A stretch of DNA of 64,000 nucleotides from Syntrophales bacterium (GCA_040767195.1 JAXGPA010000005.1:64001-128000), one strand, 5' to 3'. Shown: positions 40,664-51,081, counted from the stretch's first letter. A program made the numbers and translations. The notes: a model not told the origin generated them from the sequence alone.

Positions 40664-41299
40664 ATGGTCTTGGAACAGATCCAGGTAGGCCACATGGCCG
40701 TGTTCGCTTATCTCATCGGGGATGAGAAAACCGGTGAGGCCGCTCTCGTCGACCCCGCCGCGGAGGTGGATCTTCTCCTTCGCGAGGCGGAGAGCCGGGG
40801 TCTTTCCATTCGCTACATCATCAACACCCACGGACACGTGGATCACATCGCCGGCAACGCCGAGTGCAAGAAGGCGACGGGGGCCCGGATCGTCATCCAT
40901 GAAGGGGACGCGGGGATGCTGACCTCCACGCCGTCCATGATACTGCGCATGTTTCACGCCAGGCCGTCGCCGCCGGCGGACCTCACGGTCCGAGACGGGG
41001 ACGTTCTCCCCCTGGGGGATCACTCCTGGAAAATTCTTCACACGCCGGGGCACTCGCCGGGGGGGATGTGTCTTTACACCCCGGGCTATGTTCTCACCGG
41101 CGACACGCTTTTCGTGGAGAGCGTCGGCCGGACGGATCTTCCAGGCGGGTCCTGGGAGATTCTCCATCGTTCCATAACGGAAAAGCTCGCCACGCTCCCG
41201 GAAGACACGGTGGTCCTGCCGGGGCATAATTACGGCCGGGTTTCCCAATCCACCATCGGGCACGAGAAGCGCCGCAATCCTTTCCTGAGACGGGGGTAG
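40664..41299 (+). CDS. MBL-fold metallo-hydrolase (glyoxalase II-like)
   Basis: THGHVDH, HTPGHSPG, TGDTLF, GRTD, PGH. Confidence 0.92.
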   Translation: MVLEQIQVGHMAVFAYLIGDEKTGEAALVDPAAEVDLLLREAESRGLSIRYIINTHGHVDHIAGNAECKKATGARIVIHEGDAGMLTSTPSMILRMFHARPSPPADLTVRDGDVLPLGDHSWKILHTPGHSPGGMCLYTPGYVLTGDTLFVESVGRTDLPGGSWEILHRSITEKLATLPEDTVVLPGHNYGRVSQSTIGHEKRRNPFLRRG

Positions 41300-41306
41300 G
41301 TAAGCC

Positions 41307-42191
41307 ATGGAAACAAAGGGACTGTCAAGGGTCGATCTCCCGGGGCTGACTTTCCGGGCTCGGGGAAAGGTACGGGACATTTACGATCTCGGGGAAGCCC
41401 TCCTCATCGTGGCGACGGACCGGATATCGGCGTTCGACGTCATTTTTCCCGATCCTGTCCCCGGCAAGGGAAAGATTCTCACGCGCCTGTCCCTTTTCTG
41501 GTTCGACCAGGTCCGGGACCTGGTGGAAAATCATCTCATCACCGCCGACGTGAGGGCTTACCCGGAGCCCTGCCGGCCCTACGAGGCGCTTCTCGAGGGG
41601 CGGAGCATGCTCGTCCGGAAAGCCCGCCCCCTGCCCGTGGAATGCGTGGTCCGGGGCTATCTGACCGGCTCGGCCTGGAAAGACTACCGGGAGGGCCGCC
41701 CTGTTTCCGGGATCCGGCTCCCGGAAGGGCTCGTCGAATCGGCCCGCCTGGAGACGCCTCTTTTCACGCCGTCCACCAAGGCCCCGGAAGGCGAGCACGA
41801 CCTTCCCATTTCCATGGCGGAAATGGAGAGACTCATCGGCCCGGGACTGGCTGAAAAGGTCGCCCGCCTGTCCCTTCGGGTTTACGAAAGGGCCCAGTCG
41901 CTGGCGGAGGAACGGGGAATCATCATCGCCGACACGAAAATGGAGTTCGGGACCATCGGCGATGATCTCATCCTCATTGACGAGCTGCTCACCCCGGACT
42001 CTTCCCGGTTCTGGCCCCGGGAAGAATATGAAGAGGGCCGTCCCCAGAAAAGTTTCGACAAGCAGGTTCTCAGGGATTACCTTCTTGCCACGGGCTGGAA
42101 CCAGAAGCCCCCGGCACCGAGGCTTCCCGCGGACATCGTGAAAAAAACACGGGAACGATACGAGGAGGCCGTCCGCCGTCTCCTCCCATAG
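41307..42191 (+). CDS. purC: SAICAR synthetase
   Basis: GKVRDIY, TDRISAFD, ECVVRGY, TPSTKA, ADTKMEFG, DELLTPDSSRFW. Confidence 0.97.
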   Translation: METKGLSRVDLPGLTFRARGKVRDIYDLGEALLIVATDRISAFDVIFPDPVPGKGKILTRLSLFWFDQVRDLVENHLITADVRAYPEPCRPYEALLEGRSMLVRKARPLPVECVVRGYLTGSAWKDYREGRPVSGIRLPEGLVESARLETPLFTPSTKAPEGEHDLPISMAEMERLIGPGLAEKVARLSLRVYERAQSLAEERGIIIADTKMEFGTIGDDLILIDELLTPDSSRFWPREEYEEGRPQKSFDKQVLRDYLLATGWNQKPPAPRLPADIVKKTRERYEEAVRRLLP

Positions 42192-42300
42192 ACCCGCTTT
42201 CCTTGACAGGCGGAAAGAGGGATATTAAATTAAATGATGTATTTTTCTGCCTTTTTAAAGATCCCACCGGGACGGCCCGAAGAAGGTTCACGTTGATTTC

Positions 42301-43362
42301 ATGAAGAACGACTATTACCGCGTCCTCGGGGTGGAGCGCAGCGCCTCCCCTGAAGAGATCAAGAAAAATTACAGAAAACTCGCCATGAAATTCCACCCCG
42401 ATCGCAACCCCGGCGATCGGGAGGCGGAGGAAAAATTCAAGGAAGCCGCCGAGGCTTACGAGGTTCTGTGCGATCCCGAGAAGCGGGGTATTTACGACCG
42501 CTACGGGCACGAGGGTCTCCAGGGGTCGGGATACCGCGGCTTTTCGGGGTTCGAGGATATTTTTTCCAGCTTCGGAGACATTTTCGAGGATGTTTTCGGG
42601 TTCGGCGGGGGCGCCCGGGCCCGTTCCCGGACAGCCGCCCGGGCCGGGGCGGACCTCCGGTACGACCTCCGGGTGGCGTTCATGGACGCCGCTTTCGGGA
42701 CGTCCCGGGAAATCGACGTGGAAAGGCTTGTCCGGTGCGATCCGTGCCAGGGGACGGGGGCTGCCGAGGGATCGAGTCCCGAGGTCTGCGGCACCTGCCA
42801 CGGGAGAGGGCAGGTGACCCAGCGAAGCGGGTTTTTCAGCATCAGCACGACCTGTCCCTACTGCCGCGGAGAAGGGCGGATCATACGAAACCCCTGCCGG
42901 TCCTGCCGGGGGACGGGCCGAAAGCTGCAAAGCAAATCCGTTCATATCAGGATCCCGCCGGGCGTGGAAACGGGATCCCGCCTGAGGCTTCGCGGGGAAG
43001 GCGAAGAAGGCGAACACGGTGGCCCTCCGGGGGATCTTTATGTCTTCATCGAGGTCGAGCCCCACCCGTTCTTCGAGCGGCACGGAGACGACATCCTCCT
43101 GAAACTGACCGTTTCCGTGACCCAGGCGGCCCTGGGAGCCACCCTGGAGGTTCCCACCCTGAACGGGGCGGAAAAAATAAAGATTCCCCGGGGAACGCAG
43201 CACGGGAAGATTTTCCGCCTTCCGGGAAAAGGGATTCCCAACCTGCGCGGCCGGGGACGGGGAGACCAGGTCGTCGAGGCCTGCGTGGAAGTCCCCACCA
43301 ACCTGTCCAAGCAGGAGGAGAAAGTCCTCCGGGAATTCGCCCGGCTTCGCGGCGAAAGCTGA
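42301..43362 (+). CDS. dnaJ: Molecular chaperone DnaJ
   Basis: J domain with HPD, G/F region, four CxxCxGxG repeats, C-terminal domain. Confidence 0.97.
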   Translation: MKNDYYRVLGVERSASPEEIKKNYRKLAMKFHPDRNPGDREAEEKFKEAAEAYEVLCDPEKRGIYDRYGHEGLQGSGYRGFSGFEDIFSSFGDIFEDVFGFGGGARARSRTAARAGADLRYDLRVAFMDAAFGTSREIDVERLVRCDPCQGTGAAEGSSPEVCGTCHGRGQVTQRSGFFSISTTCPYCRGEGRIIRNPCRSCRGTGRKLQSKSVHIRIPPGVETGSRLRLRGEGEEGEHGGPPGDLYVFIEVEPHPFFERHGDDILLKLTVSVTQAALGATLEVPTLNGAEKIKIPRGTQHGKIFRLPGKGIPNLRGRGRGDQVVEACVEVPTNLSKQEEKVLREFARLRGES

Positions 43363-43407
43363 CGCGGCGGCCCCCCAGGCCGCTTCCCGCCCCAGCGGAA
43401 AATCCCG

Positions 43408-43436
43408 TTGACACGAAAAGACGAGTTCCCTATACT
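43408..43436 (+). promoter_or_regulatory. Sigma70 promoter of carB-purF
   Basis: TTGACA-N17-TATACT, near consensus. Confidence 0.75.
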
Positions 43437-43504
43437 CCAACCGCCTTCAGGACGGAGACCGGAAAAAAGAGAACCTAACGACAAGCCAGGAAAAGGAAAC
43501 CCCC

Positions 43505-46500
43505 ATGCCCCCACGGACAGACATCAGGAAAGTTCTCATCATCGGTTCAGGCCCCATCATCATCGGGCAGGCCTGCGAGTTTGACTATTCGGGAACCCAG
43601 GCGTGCAAGGCCCTGAAAAAACTGGGGTACGAGGTGGTCCTGGTGAACTCCAACCCCGCCACCATCATGACGGACCCCGAGATGGCCGACATGACCTACA
43701 TCGAACCGCTCAACATCCAGACGCTTCGGGACATCATCGAAAAGGAAAGGCCCGACGCCATCCTGCCCAACCTGGGCGGGCAGACGGGGTTGAATCTTTC
43801 ATCGGAACTTTACAGGAAGGGGATACTCGACGCCTTCGACGTCACGGTCATCGGTGTCAACGTCGACGCCATCGAGAGGGGGGAGGATCGGATCGCCTTC
43901 AAGGAAACCATGAACCGCCTGGGAATCGAGATACCGAGGAGCAAACCCGCCTACACCGTGGAGGAGGCGGAGGCCATCGCCGATGAACTGGGCTACCCCG
44001 TGGTGGTCCGGCCCGCTTACACCCTCGGGGGTACGGGCGGCGGGCTCGTTTACAACCGGGAGGAACTCCAAGTCGTTGCGAGCCGGGGGATCGCCGCCAG
44101 CATGATCGGCCAGGTTCTCATCGAGGAGTCCGTTCTCGGCTGGGAGGAGCTGGAACTCGAGGTCGTCCGCGACGCGAAGAACCAGATGATTACCGTCTGC
44201 TTCATCGAGAACGTGGACCCCATGGGCGTCCACACCGGTGACTCGTACTGTACCGCCCCCATGCTCACCATCTCGCCGGAACTCCAGGAAAGGCTGCAGA
44301 AATATTCATACCACATCGTCGAGGCCATCGAGGTCATCGGGGGGACCAACGTCCAGTTCGCCCACGACCCCGCCACGGGACGGGTCGTGGTCATCGAAAT
44401 CAATCCCAGGACCTCCCGTTCATCCGCCCTGGCCTCCAAGGCGACGGGGTTTCCCATCGCCATGATTTCCGCCATGCTCGCCGCGGGCCTGACCCTGGAC
44501 GAGATCCCCTACTGGAAAGAGGGAACCCTCGACAAGTACCGGCCCTCGGGGGATTACGTGGTCGTCAAGTTCGCCCGGTGGGCCTTCGAGAAGTTTCCCG
44601 GTTCCGAGGACGCTCTGGGCACCCAGATGCGGGCCGTGGGTGAGGTCATGAGCATCGGGAAGACCTACAAGGAGGCCTTCCAGAAAGCCATACGGTCCCT
44701 GGAAATCGGCCGTTATGGACTTGGTTTTGCCCGGGATTTCCATGAAAAGCCCCTGGACGAGCTCATGAAGCTCCTTTCCAGGGCGACCAGCGAAAGGCAG
44801 TTTCTCATGTACGAAGCCCTTCGGAAGGGCGCCACCGTGGAGGCGCTCCATGAGAAAACGGCCATCAAGCGGTGGTTTATCGAGCAGATGAAGGAGCTCG
44901 TGGAGCTGGAGGAGGAAATCCTGTCCCACCGGGGGGGTACGATTCCCGACGATCTTCTCGCCCGGGCCAAGAAAGACGGCTTCTCGGACCGTTATCTCTC
45001 CAGGCTTCTCGCCCGGGCGGAAAGGGACATTCGAAAGCAGCGGACCGCCCTGGGGGTCGTCCACGGGTGGGAACCGGTGCCCGTGAGCGGTGTCGAGGAC
45101 GCCGCCTACTACTATTCCACCTACAACGCCCCGGACAGTGTTTCCACGACGGGAAACCGCAAGGTCATCGTCCTGGGCGGGGGGCCGAACCGGATCGGCC
45201 AGGGGATCGAATTCGACTATTGCTGCGTGCACGCCGCCTTCGCCCTCCGGGACGAGGGGGTGGAGTCCATCATGATCAACTGCAACCCCGAGACGGTTTC
45301 CACGGATTACGACACGGCGAACCGCCTCTACTTCGAACCTCTCACCGTGGAAGACGTGCTCGCCATTTATGAAAAGGAAAAGCCCGAAGGGGTCATCGTC
45401 CAGTTCGGCGGGCAGACCCCTCTCAACATCGCCGGCGAACTGGCCGCCGAGGGGGTGCGGATCCTCGGGACGTCGCCGGAAACCATCGACCTCGCCGAAG
45501 ACCGGGACCGGTTCCGCAAGATGATGGAAAAGCTCGACATCCCGGAGCCCGAATCAGGGATGGCGAGCACCCTCGACGAGGCCCTGGCGATCGCCACGAA
45601 GATCGGGTACCCTCTCATCGTCCGTCCTTCCTATGTTCTCGGGGGCCGGGGAATGGAGATCGTCTACGACGAGGACATGCTCCGCCGGTATCTCGCCGCC
45701 GCGGTGGAGGTGACGCCGGAACGGCCCATTCTCATCGACAAGTTCCTGGAGGATGCCATCGAATCGGAGACGGACGCCATTTCCGACGGCCGGGACGTCT
45801 TCATCCCCGCCGTGATGGAGCACATCGAACTGGCGGGAATCCACTCCGGCGACTCGGCCTGCGTGATACCGCCCATCAGCATCTCGGCCCGTCACATGGA
45901 CACCATCTCGGAATACACGAAACGAATCGCCCTGGAACTTGACGTGGTCGGCCTCATGAACATACAATACGCCATCGCCGACGACGTGGTGTACATCCTG
46001 GAAGCGAATCCCAGGGCGTCGCGGACCGTTCCCCTCGTGTCCAAGGTCTGCAACGTTTCCATGGCCAGGATCGCCACCCAGCTCATGCTGGGGAAACGTC
46101 TTGTCGACCTCCGGCTGAAGCCCGGGCGCGTTTCCCACTTCGGGGTAAAGGAAGCGGTTTTTCCCTTCAACATGTTTCCCGAGGTGGACCCCGTCCTGGG
46201 ACCGGAGATGCGCTCCACCGGGGAAGTCCTCGGCCTTGCCGATTCCTTCGGCCTCGCCTTTTACAAGGCCGAGGAAGCGGCCTCCCAGACGCTCCCGTCG
46301 GCAGGGACGGTCCTCATCACCGTTTCCGACCGGGACAAGGCTTCCATCGTGGAAGTGGCCAGGGCTTTCGTCTCCCTGGGGTTCAAGGTCCGCACCACCG
46401 GGGGCACCGGTGACTTTCTCAAGTCCCGGGGCATCCAGACGGAGGGCATCCTCAAAATGCATGAGGGCCGGCCGAACATCGTCGACGCCATCAAGAACAG

Positions 46501-46705
46501 CGAGATCCAGCTCGTCATCAACACGCCCAGCGGGCGGTTGAGCCAGCACGACGATTCCTACATCCGCAAGGCGGCGATCAAGTACAAGGTGCCGTACATC
46601 ACGACGGCCGCGGCGGCTGTCGCCGCCGTCAAGGGGATCGCGGCCCTCGAAAAGGGACACGGCCAGGTGAAGTCGGTACAGCAGTACCACAAGGAGATTC
46701 TTTGA
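43505..46705 (+). CDS. carB: Carbamoyl-phosphate synthase large subunit
   Basis: GSGPIIIGQACEFDYSG, duplicated ATP-grasp halves, C-terminal MGS domain; 1066 aa. Confidence 0.98.
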   Translation: MPPRTDIRKVLIIGSGPIIIGQACEFDYSGTQACKALKKLGYEVVLVNSNPATIMTDPEMADMTYIEPLNIQTLRDIIEKERPDAILPNLGGQTGLNLSSELYRKGILDAFDVTVIGVNVDAIERGEDRIAFKETMNRLGIEIPRSKPAYTVEEAEAIADELGYPVVVRPAYTLGGTGGGLVYNREELQVVASRGIAASMIGQVLIEESVLGWEELELEVVRDAKNQMITVCFIENVDPMGVHTGDSYCTAPMLTISPELQERLQKYSYHIVEAIEVIGGTNVQFAHDPATGRVVVIEINPRTSRSSALASKATGFPIAMISAMLAAGLTLDEIPYWKEGTLDKYRPSGDYVVVKFARWAFEKFPGSEDALGTQMRAVGEVMSIGKTYKEAFQKAIRSLEIGRYGLGFARDFHEKPLDELMKLLSRATSERQFLMYEALRKGATVEALHEKTAIKRWFIEQMKELVELEEEILSHRGGTIPDDLLARAKKDGFSDRYLSRLLARAERDIRKQRTALGVVHGWEPVPVSGVEDAAYYYSTYNAPDSVSTTGNRKVIVLGGGPNRIGQGIEFDYCCVHAAFALRDEGVESIMINCNPETVSTDYDTANRLYFEPLTVEDVLAIYEKEKPEGVIVQFGGQTPLNIAGELAAEGVRILGTSPETIDLAEDRDRFRKMMEKLDIPEPESGMASTLDEALAIATKIGYPLIVRPSYVLGGRGMEIVYDEDMLRRYLAAAVEVTPERPILIDKFLEDAIESETDAISDGRDVFIPAVMEHIELAGIHSGDSACVIPPISISARHMDTISEYTKRIALELDVVGLMNIQYAIADDVVYILEANPRASRTVPLVSKVCNVSMARIATQLMLGKRLVDLRLKPGRVSHFGVKEAVFPFNMFPEVDPVLGPEMRSTGEVLGLADSFGLAFYKAEEAASQTLPSAGTVLITVSDRDKASIVEVARAFVSLGFKVRTTGGTGDFLKSRGIQTEGILKMHEGRPNIVDAIKNSEIQLVINTPSGRLSQHDDSYIRKAAIKYKVPYITTAAAAVAAVKGIAALEKGHGQVKSVQQYHKEIL

Positions 46706-46712
46706 GGGACCC

Positions 46713-48101
46713 ATGAAAACGCCCGGTGTGACAGGAGAAAATTGCGGGATCTTCGGCATATACTCCAATGAGCCGTGTGCCGACGACATTTACCGGGGCA
46801 TTGACTTTCTCCAGCACCGGGGCCAGGAATACTGCGGGATCTCGACCTTCGACAGGGGGCTCCACCATGTCACCCACCACGGCAAGGTGATCACCATGTT
46901 CACCGAGGAGGAACTCCGGGGTCTCCGGGGCCGGTGGGGCATCGGACACGTGAGCCTCTGGGAACGGCAGCCCATGAAGTGGCAGACCCAGGTGGGTGAA
47001 ATTGCCGTCGCTTTCAGCGGGAACGTCATGAACGCCGAGGCGCTCATGATGGACATGATGCACCGCGGAAAGTCCTTTTACAAGGGATACAATATCGAGA
47101 TCCTGTCCAAGGTCATCATCGAGGAGCAGGACATCGCCAGGGGTATCGCCGCCCTGGCTCGAAAAGTGAAGGGCGCCTACTCTCTCGTGGTGGTCACCCG
47201 GGATGGGGTGTATGCCGCCCGGGATGTCTACGGTTTCAGGCCTCTCATCCTCGGGACGGACGGGACCCGTTTCGTGGTGAGCTCCGAATCGAGGGCCCTG
47301 AAGAACCTGGACCTGGAAATCGTCCGGGATGTCGAGCCCGGGGAGATTCTTCTGATCAACCAGAAGGGATTCCAGACCCTGGAAAGGATCCCCTCTCCCA
47401 GGAAAGCCCACTGTGCCTTCGAGTGGGCCTATACGGCCAGCATCGATTCGGTCATCGACGGCGTCTATGTCCAGGAAGCCCGCAGCAACCTGGGGGAACA
47501 ACTGGCCCGCAGGGACATGGAAGAGGGCGGACTGCCCGGGGATTTCGTGGCGCCGGTCCCCCTTTCCGGCATCGGTCATGCCCTGGGCTATCACCGGTTC
47601 TCCCGGATTCCCTACCAGGAGGTTTTTCTTTACCACCGCTACGCCGACCGGAGCTACACCCAGACCACCCAACCGGCCCGGGAGAGGATGGCCAAGCGGA
47701 AACTCTCCGTTTTGCCCTTTGCCGTCCAGGGAAGCCGAATCATCATCTGCGACGACTCCATCGTCCGGGGGACCCAGATCATGAACAAGGTGCGGGACCT
47801 GAAGAAGGCCGGGGCCCGGGAGGTCCATGTCCGGGTGGCCTGCCCCCCCCTCATGTACCCCTGTGATTTCGGCATTTCGACACGGTCTTACGACGAACTC
47901 ATCGCCCGGCACTTCATTTCCGAGGGCAATATCACATCGAAGGAAGCGCTTCGGGCCCTCGAAACCTGGCTGGCCCGTCAGATCGACGCCGATTCCGTGC
48001 GGTTCAACAGTCTTGAAAGATTCGTGTCGGCCCTGAAGATTCCCGGCGAGGATCTCTGCCTCAAGTGTTTCGACGGCCGCTTTCCCATCGAGAACCGCTG
48101 A
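46713..48101 (+). CDS. purF: Amidophosphoribosyltransferase (divergent glutamine site)
   Basis: Propeptide + CGIFG, QHRGQ, DDSIVRGT PRPP loop, PC.FGI and C..C Fe-S cysteines. Confidence 0.9.
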   Translation: MKTPGVTGENCGIFGIYSNEPCADDIYRGIDFLQHRGQEYCGISTFDRGLHHVTHHGKVITMFTEEELRGLRGRWGIGHVSLWERQPMKWQTQVGEIAVAFSGNVMNAEALMMDMMHRGKSFYKGYNIEILSKVIIEEQDIARGIAALARKVKGAYSLVVVTRDGVYAARDVYGFRPLILGTDGTRFVVSSESRALKNLDLEIVRDVEPGEILLINQKGFQTLERIPSPRKAHCAFEWAYTASIDSVIDGVYVQEARSNLGEQLARRDMEEGGLPGDFVAPVPLSGIGHALGYHRFSRIPYQEVFLYHRYADRSYTQTTQPARERMAKRKLSVLPFAVQGSRIIICDDSIVRGTQIMNKVRDLKKAGAREVHVRVACPPLMYPCDFGISTRSYDELIARHFISEGNITSKEALRALETWLARQIDADSVRFNSLERFVSALKIPGEDLCLKCFDGRFPIENR

Positions 48102-48153
48102 AGCCGGGGGGAAGGGGAAAACGGGGCCGTTGCGGAGGAAGGACAATCGGCTC

Positions 48154-49059
48154 ATGGATCGACGCAGTTTCATCAGGAAAATGATCATCGCCGCCGCCGC
48201 CGTGTCCTGCCCGGCGGCTTTTTCACCCCTTGCGGCATCCCGGGCCGCGCCGGCGCCGGCACCGGACCTCGCCGTGGCCCGGGGTCCTTCTCCGGAGCGG
48301 ATCGTCGCGTCCGCCATCGATGCCCTGGGAGGGATGAAACGTTTTGTTTCCCCCGGGGACATCGTCGTCGTCAAGCCCAACATGGGGTGGGACCGGGCGC
48401 CCGAGTTCGGTGCGAACACCCATCCCGCTGTCGTGGCCGCCCTCGTGGGACTCGCTGTGGAGGCGGGGGCGAAGAGGGTCAAGGTTTTTGACCACACGGT
48501 GAACGACCCGAGGCGATGTTACCGTCAGAGCGGCGTCGCCGCGGCGGCGGAGGCGGCCGGTGCCGAGGTTTCCTTCGTCGACAAAAGGAAATTCAAGTCG
48601 GTGCGCCTCGACGGCGAGGTCCTCAAGGAGTGGCCCCTCTACGAGGACATCCTCGAGGCCGACAAAATCATCAACGTGCCCGTCGCGAAAACCCACGGCC
48701 TTTCCACCCTGACCCTGGCCCTGAAAAACTGGATGGGCGTCATGGGAGGCGGCCGCTGGCGGATTCATCAGCGGATTCACGAGAGCCTCGTCGATGTGGC
48801 CCGGAAGGTAAAGCCCACCCTCACCGTTCTCGATGCCGTGCGCATTCTCACCGCCAACGGGCCCCAGGGGGGGCGGCTCGAGGACGTGAAGGTTCTCGAC
48901 ACGGTCATTGCCGGTACCGACCAGGTGGCCGTCGATTCATACGGGGCCACCCTTTTCGGCCTCCGGGGAAGGGACCTGGGGTATGTCCGGATCGGCCATG
49001 AAACGGGGCTCGGCAACATGAACCTGGAAAGCCTGGACATTCGGAAAATCACCCTGTAG
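48154..49059 (+). CDS. DUF362 domain protein, Tat-exported
   Basis: DRRSFI Tat motif, VKPN, THP.VV, INVP.AKTH, LKNWMG. Confidence 0.88.
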   Translation: MDRRSFIRKMIIAAAAVSCPAAFSPLAASRAAPAPAPDLAVARGPSPERIVASAIDALGGMKRFVSPGDIVVVKPNMGWDRAPEFGANTHPAVVAALVGLAVEAGAKRVKVFDHTVNDPRRCYRQSGVAAAAEAAGAEVSFVDKRKFKSVRLDGEVLKEWPLYEDILEADKIINVPVAKTHGLSTLTLALKNWMGVMGGGRWRIHQRIHESLVDVARKVKPTLTVLDAVRILTANGPQGGRLEDVKVLDTVIAGTDQVAVDSYGATLFGLRGRDLGYVRIGHETGLGNMNLESLDIRKITL

Positions 49060-49087
49060 ACGCCTTCATTCCCGAGGAGGCCCCTCC

Positions 49088-50635
49088 ATGAGAATGACGT
49101 CACTTCGCTGGTTCGTCCAGGGGGCCTTTCTGCTCCTGTTTCTCTTCCTTTTCCTCCAGACGGAGTCGAAAGGGGAGGATACCCTGGGCTATCCCGTCCG
49201 CTTTTTTCTCGACTTCGACCCCCTGGTCTTCCTGTCCACCCTCCTCTCCGCGAGAGTCCTCGTTCCCGGGTTTCTCCTGTCCCTTCTCCTCGTCGTCCTC
49301 ACGATCTTTCTGGGCCGGGTCTTCTGCGGGTGGGTCTGCCCCCTGGGAACGATTCACAACCTCACGGGGATTCTCAACAGGCGAAAAAGACCGGTTCTCC
49401 CCCCGGGCGCCCGCCGATGGAAGTATCTCGTTTTGCTCTTTCTTCTGGCCTCCTCCCTTTTCACCGCCCAGGTCACGGGATTCCTCGATCCGCTCTGCCT
49501 GCTCATCCGGTCTCTCACCCTTTTCCTGTATCCCCTCTTTCAGAACGGTCTGGAAGCGGTCTTCAGGGCCGCCGCCGAGGCACCCGTTTCTTTCCTGGCC
49601 GCCCCTGCCGAGGCTTTTTACACCCTGTTTCAGAGATTCCTTTTCGCCTTCCGGGAACCTCATTTTTACCAGGCTGTTTTTACGGGGCTTTTTTTCGGCC
49701 TCATCGTGGGACTGAATCTCCTGGAAAGGCGTTTCTGGTGCAAATATCTCTGCCCGCTCGGCGCTCTCCTGGGCCTCCTCTCCCGAAAAGCCGTTCTGAA
49801 ACGGTCCGTCGGTGAAGGCTGCACGGACTGCGGCCGGTGTCAGAAGGCCTGCCAGGGGGCGGCCATCGGGGGTGATCCCCGGGAAACGATCCCCTCCGAG
49901 TGCCTCGTTTGTTTCGATTGTGACGATCTGTGTCCCGTCGGGGCCGTCCGGTTCGGTTTTCGAGGAGGGGAAAAGGGGCAGGCCCTTCACTTGGGGCGGC
50001 GGGCCGTTCTTCTTTCTCTTTTCAGCGGGGCCCTGGCCGTCCCGTTTCTCCGGGTCAGCCCGCAGAGCCGGTCGGGCCTGTTCCCGGGGAAGTTGATCCG
50101 GCCGCCGGGAGCCCTGGATGAAAAGGACTTCCTCGCTCACTGCGTCCGGTGCGGCGAGTGCATGAAGGTCTGCCTGACCAACGGACTTCAGCCGACCTTT
50201 CTGGAAGCGGGACTGGAAGGCCTGTGGACGCCCGTCCTCGTTCCATCGGTCGGTTACTGCGAGTATCGCTGCACGCTCTGCGGGCAGGTCTGCCCCACGG
50301 GGGCCATCCGGCCGCTGAAGCGTGAAGACAGGAAGCACGTGAAAATCGGGACGGCCTTCATCGACCCGGGGCGCTGCCTTCCCTACGCCTTCGGCATTCC
50401 CTGCCTGGTCTGCGAGGAAGTCTGTCCCACCGAGGTCAAATCGATCTGGTTCGAAACGGTCCGGGTGATCGGGCGGGAGGGGCGGGAGGAACCCGTCAAA
50501 AGGCCCCACGTGGACCCCGCCCTGTGCGTGGGATGCGGGATCTGCGAACACTACTGCCCCGTCCGGGGTGAACCGGCCATCCGGGTGGTCAGCACGGGAG
50601 AGTCCCGGTCAAAAGAAAACCGGCTGCTCCTCTGA
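49088..50635 (+). CDS. Membrane polyferredoxin (NapH/MauN-like fused to NapG/MauM-like domain)
   Basis: GRVFCGWVCPLG, RFWCKYLCPLG, RPPGA, multiple CxxCxxCxxxC(P) motifs. Confidence 0.9.
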   Translation: MRMTSLRWFVQGAFLLLFLFLFLQTESKGEDTLGYPVRFFLDFDPLVFLSTLLSARVLVPGFLLSLLLVVLTIFLGRVFCGWVCPLGTIHNLTGILNRRKRPVLPPGARRWKYLVLLFLLASSLFTAQVTGFLDPLCLLIRSLTLFLYPLFQNGLEAVFRAAAEAPVSFLAAPAEAFYTLFQRFLFAFREPHFYQAVFTGLFFGLIVGLNLLERRFWCKYLCPLGALLGLLSRKAVLKRSVGEGCTDCGRCQKACQGAAIGGDPRETIPSECLVCFDCDDLCPVGAVRFGFRGGEKGQALHLGRRAVLLSLFSGALAVPFLRVSPQSRSGLFPGKLIRPPGALDEKDFLAHCVRCGECMKVCLTNGLQPTFLEAGLEGLWTPVLVPSVGYCEYRCTLCGQVCPTGAIRPLKREDRKHVKIGTAFIDPGRCLPYAFGIPCLVCEEVCPTEVKSIWFETVRVIGREGREEPVKRPHVDPALCVGCGICEHYCPVRGEPAIRVVSTGESRSKENRLLL

Positions 50636-50675
50636 AGGAGGCAGCCGGTCTTCCCGGTTTTTTTAGCCTTGTGCC

Positions 50676-50987
50676 TTAACAGCTGCAGCTCGTTCCGCAG
50701 GAACGGGGTGCCATGCTCGAATCGATCTTGAATCCCGATCGTGTCCCCACCTGGATAAAATCGATCTTGACGGGCTGGATTTCGTCCATCAGGTCGGGCG
50801 CCACGAGAAAGGTGAACCCCTTCTCCTCGAACACCCTGTCATCCGTTTTAGGCTCATCCAGAGCCATTCCCAGTGAAGGGCCCGCTCAACCGCCCTCGAA
50901 AAGCATGATCCGGATGGGCGGGACAGGGCTCCTGTCCTTGAGGGATGTCTTCAGCATCTCAATGGCTTTTTCGGTAACTTCAAACAT
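50676..50987 (-). CDS. HesB/IscA-like selenoprotein (in-frame UGA at codon 34)
   Basis: AGGAG RBS; MFEVTEKAIEMLKTSLKDRSPVPPIRIMLFEGG-[TGA 50886-50888]-AGPSLGMALDEP...CGTSCSC; the UGA falls at the Cys position of the GGCxG motif. Confidence 0.85.
50851..50865 (-). promoter_or_regulatory. Candidate bacterial SECIS hairpin
   Basis: GGCUC-UGGAU-GAGCC begins 20 nt after the UGA, with G in the apical loop. Confidence 0.6.
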
Positions 50988-51051
50988 TCGCTTTCTCCTG
51001 TTCTCATGAGTCGATTTTTTTCGAAGATCACATCGAAAACTATTTTCTTGA

Positions 51052-51081
51052 ATAATATATTACTTTTTTCTTCCTTGTCAA
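51052..51081 (-). promoter_or_regulatory. Putative sigma70 promoter of the HesB-like gene
   Basis: TTGACA followed at 16-18 nt by TATATT/TATTAT on the minus strand. Confidence 0.55.

Noticed and set aside
42192..42300. CIRCE heat-shock operator upstream of dnaJ
   Set aside because: No TTAGCACTC-N9-GAGTGCTAA; only a sigma70-like TTGACA...TAAATT.
50867..50987. HesB-like gene read as a pseudogene with a premature stop
   Set aside because: The stop is UGA exactly at the conserved Cys site and is followed by a SECIS-like hairpin; selenocysteine is the better explanation.
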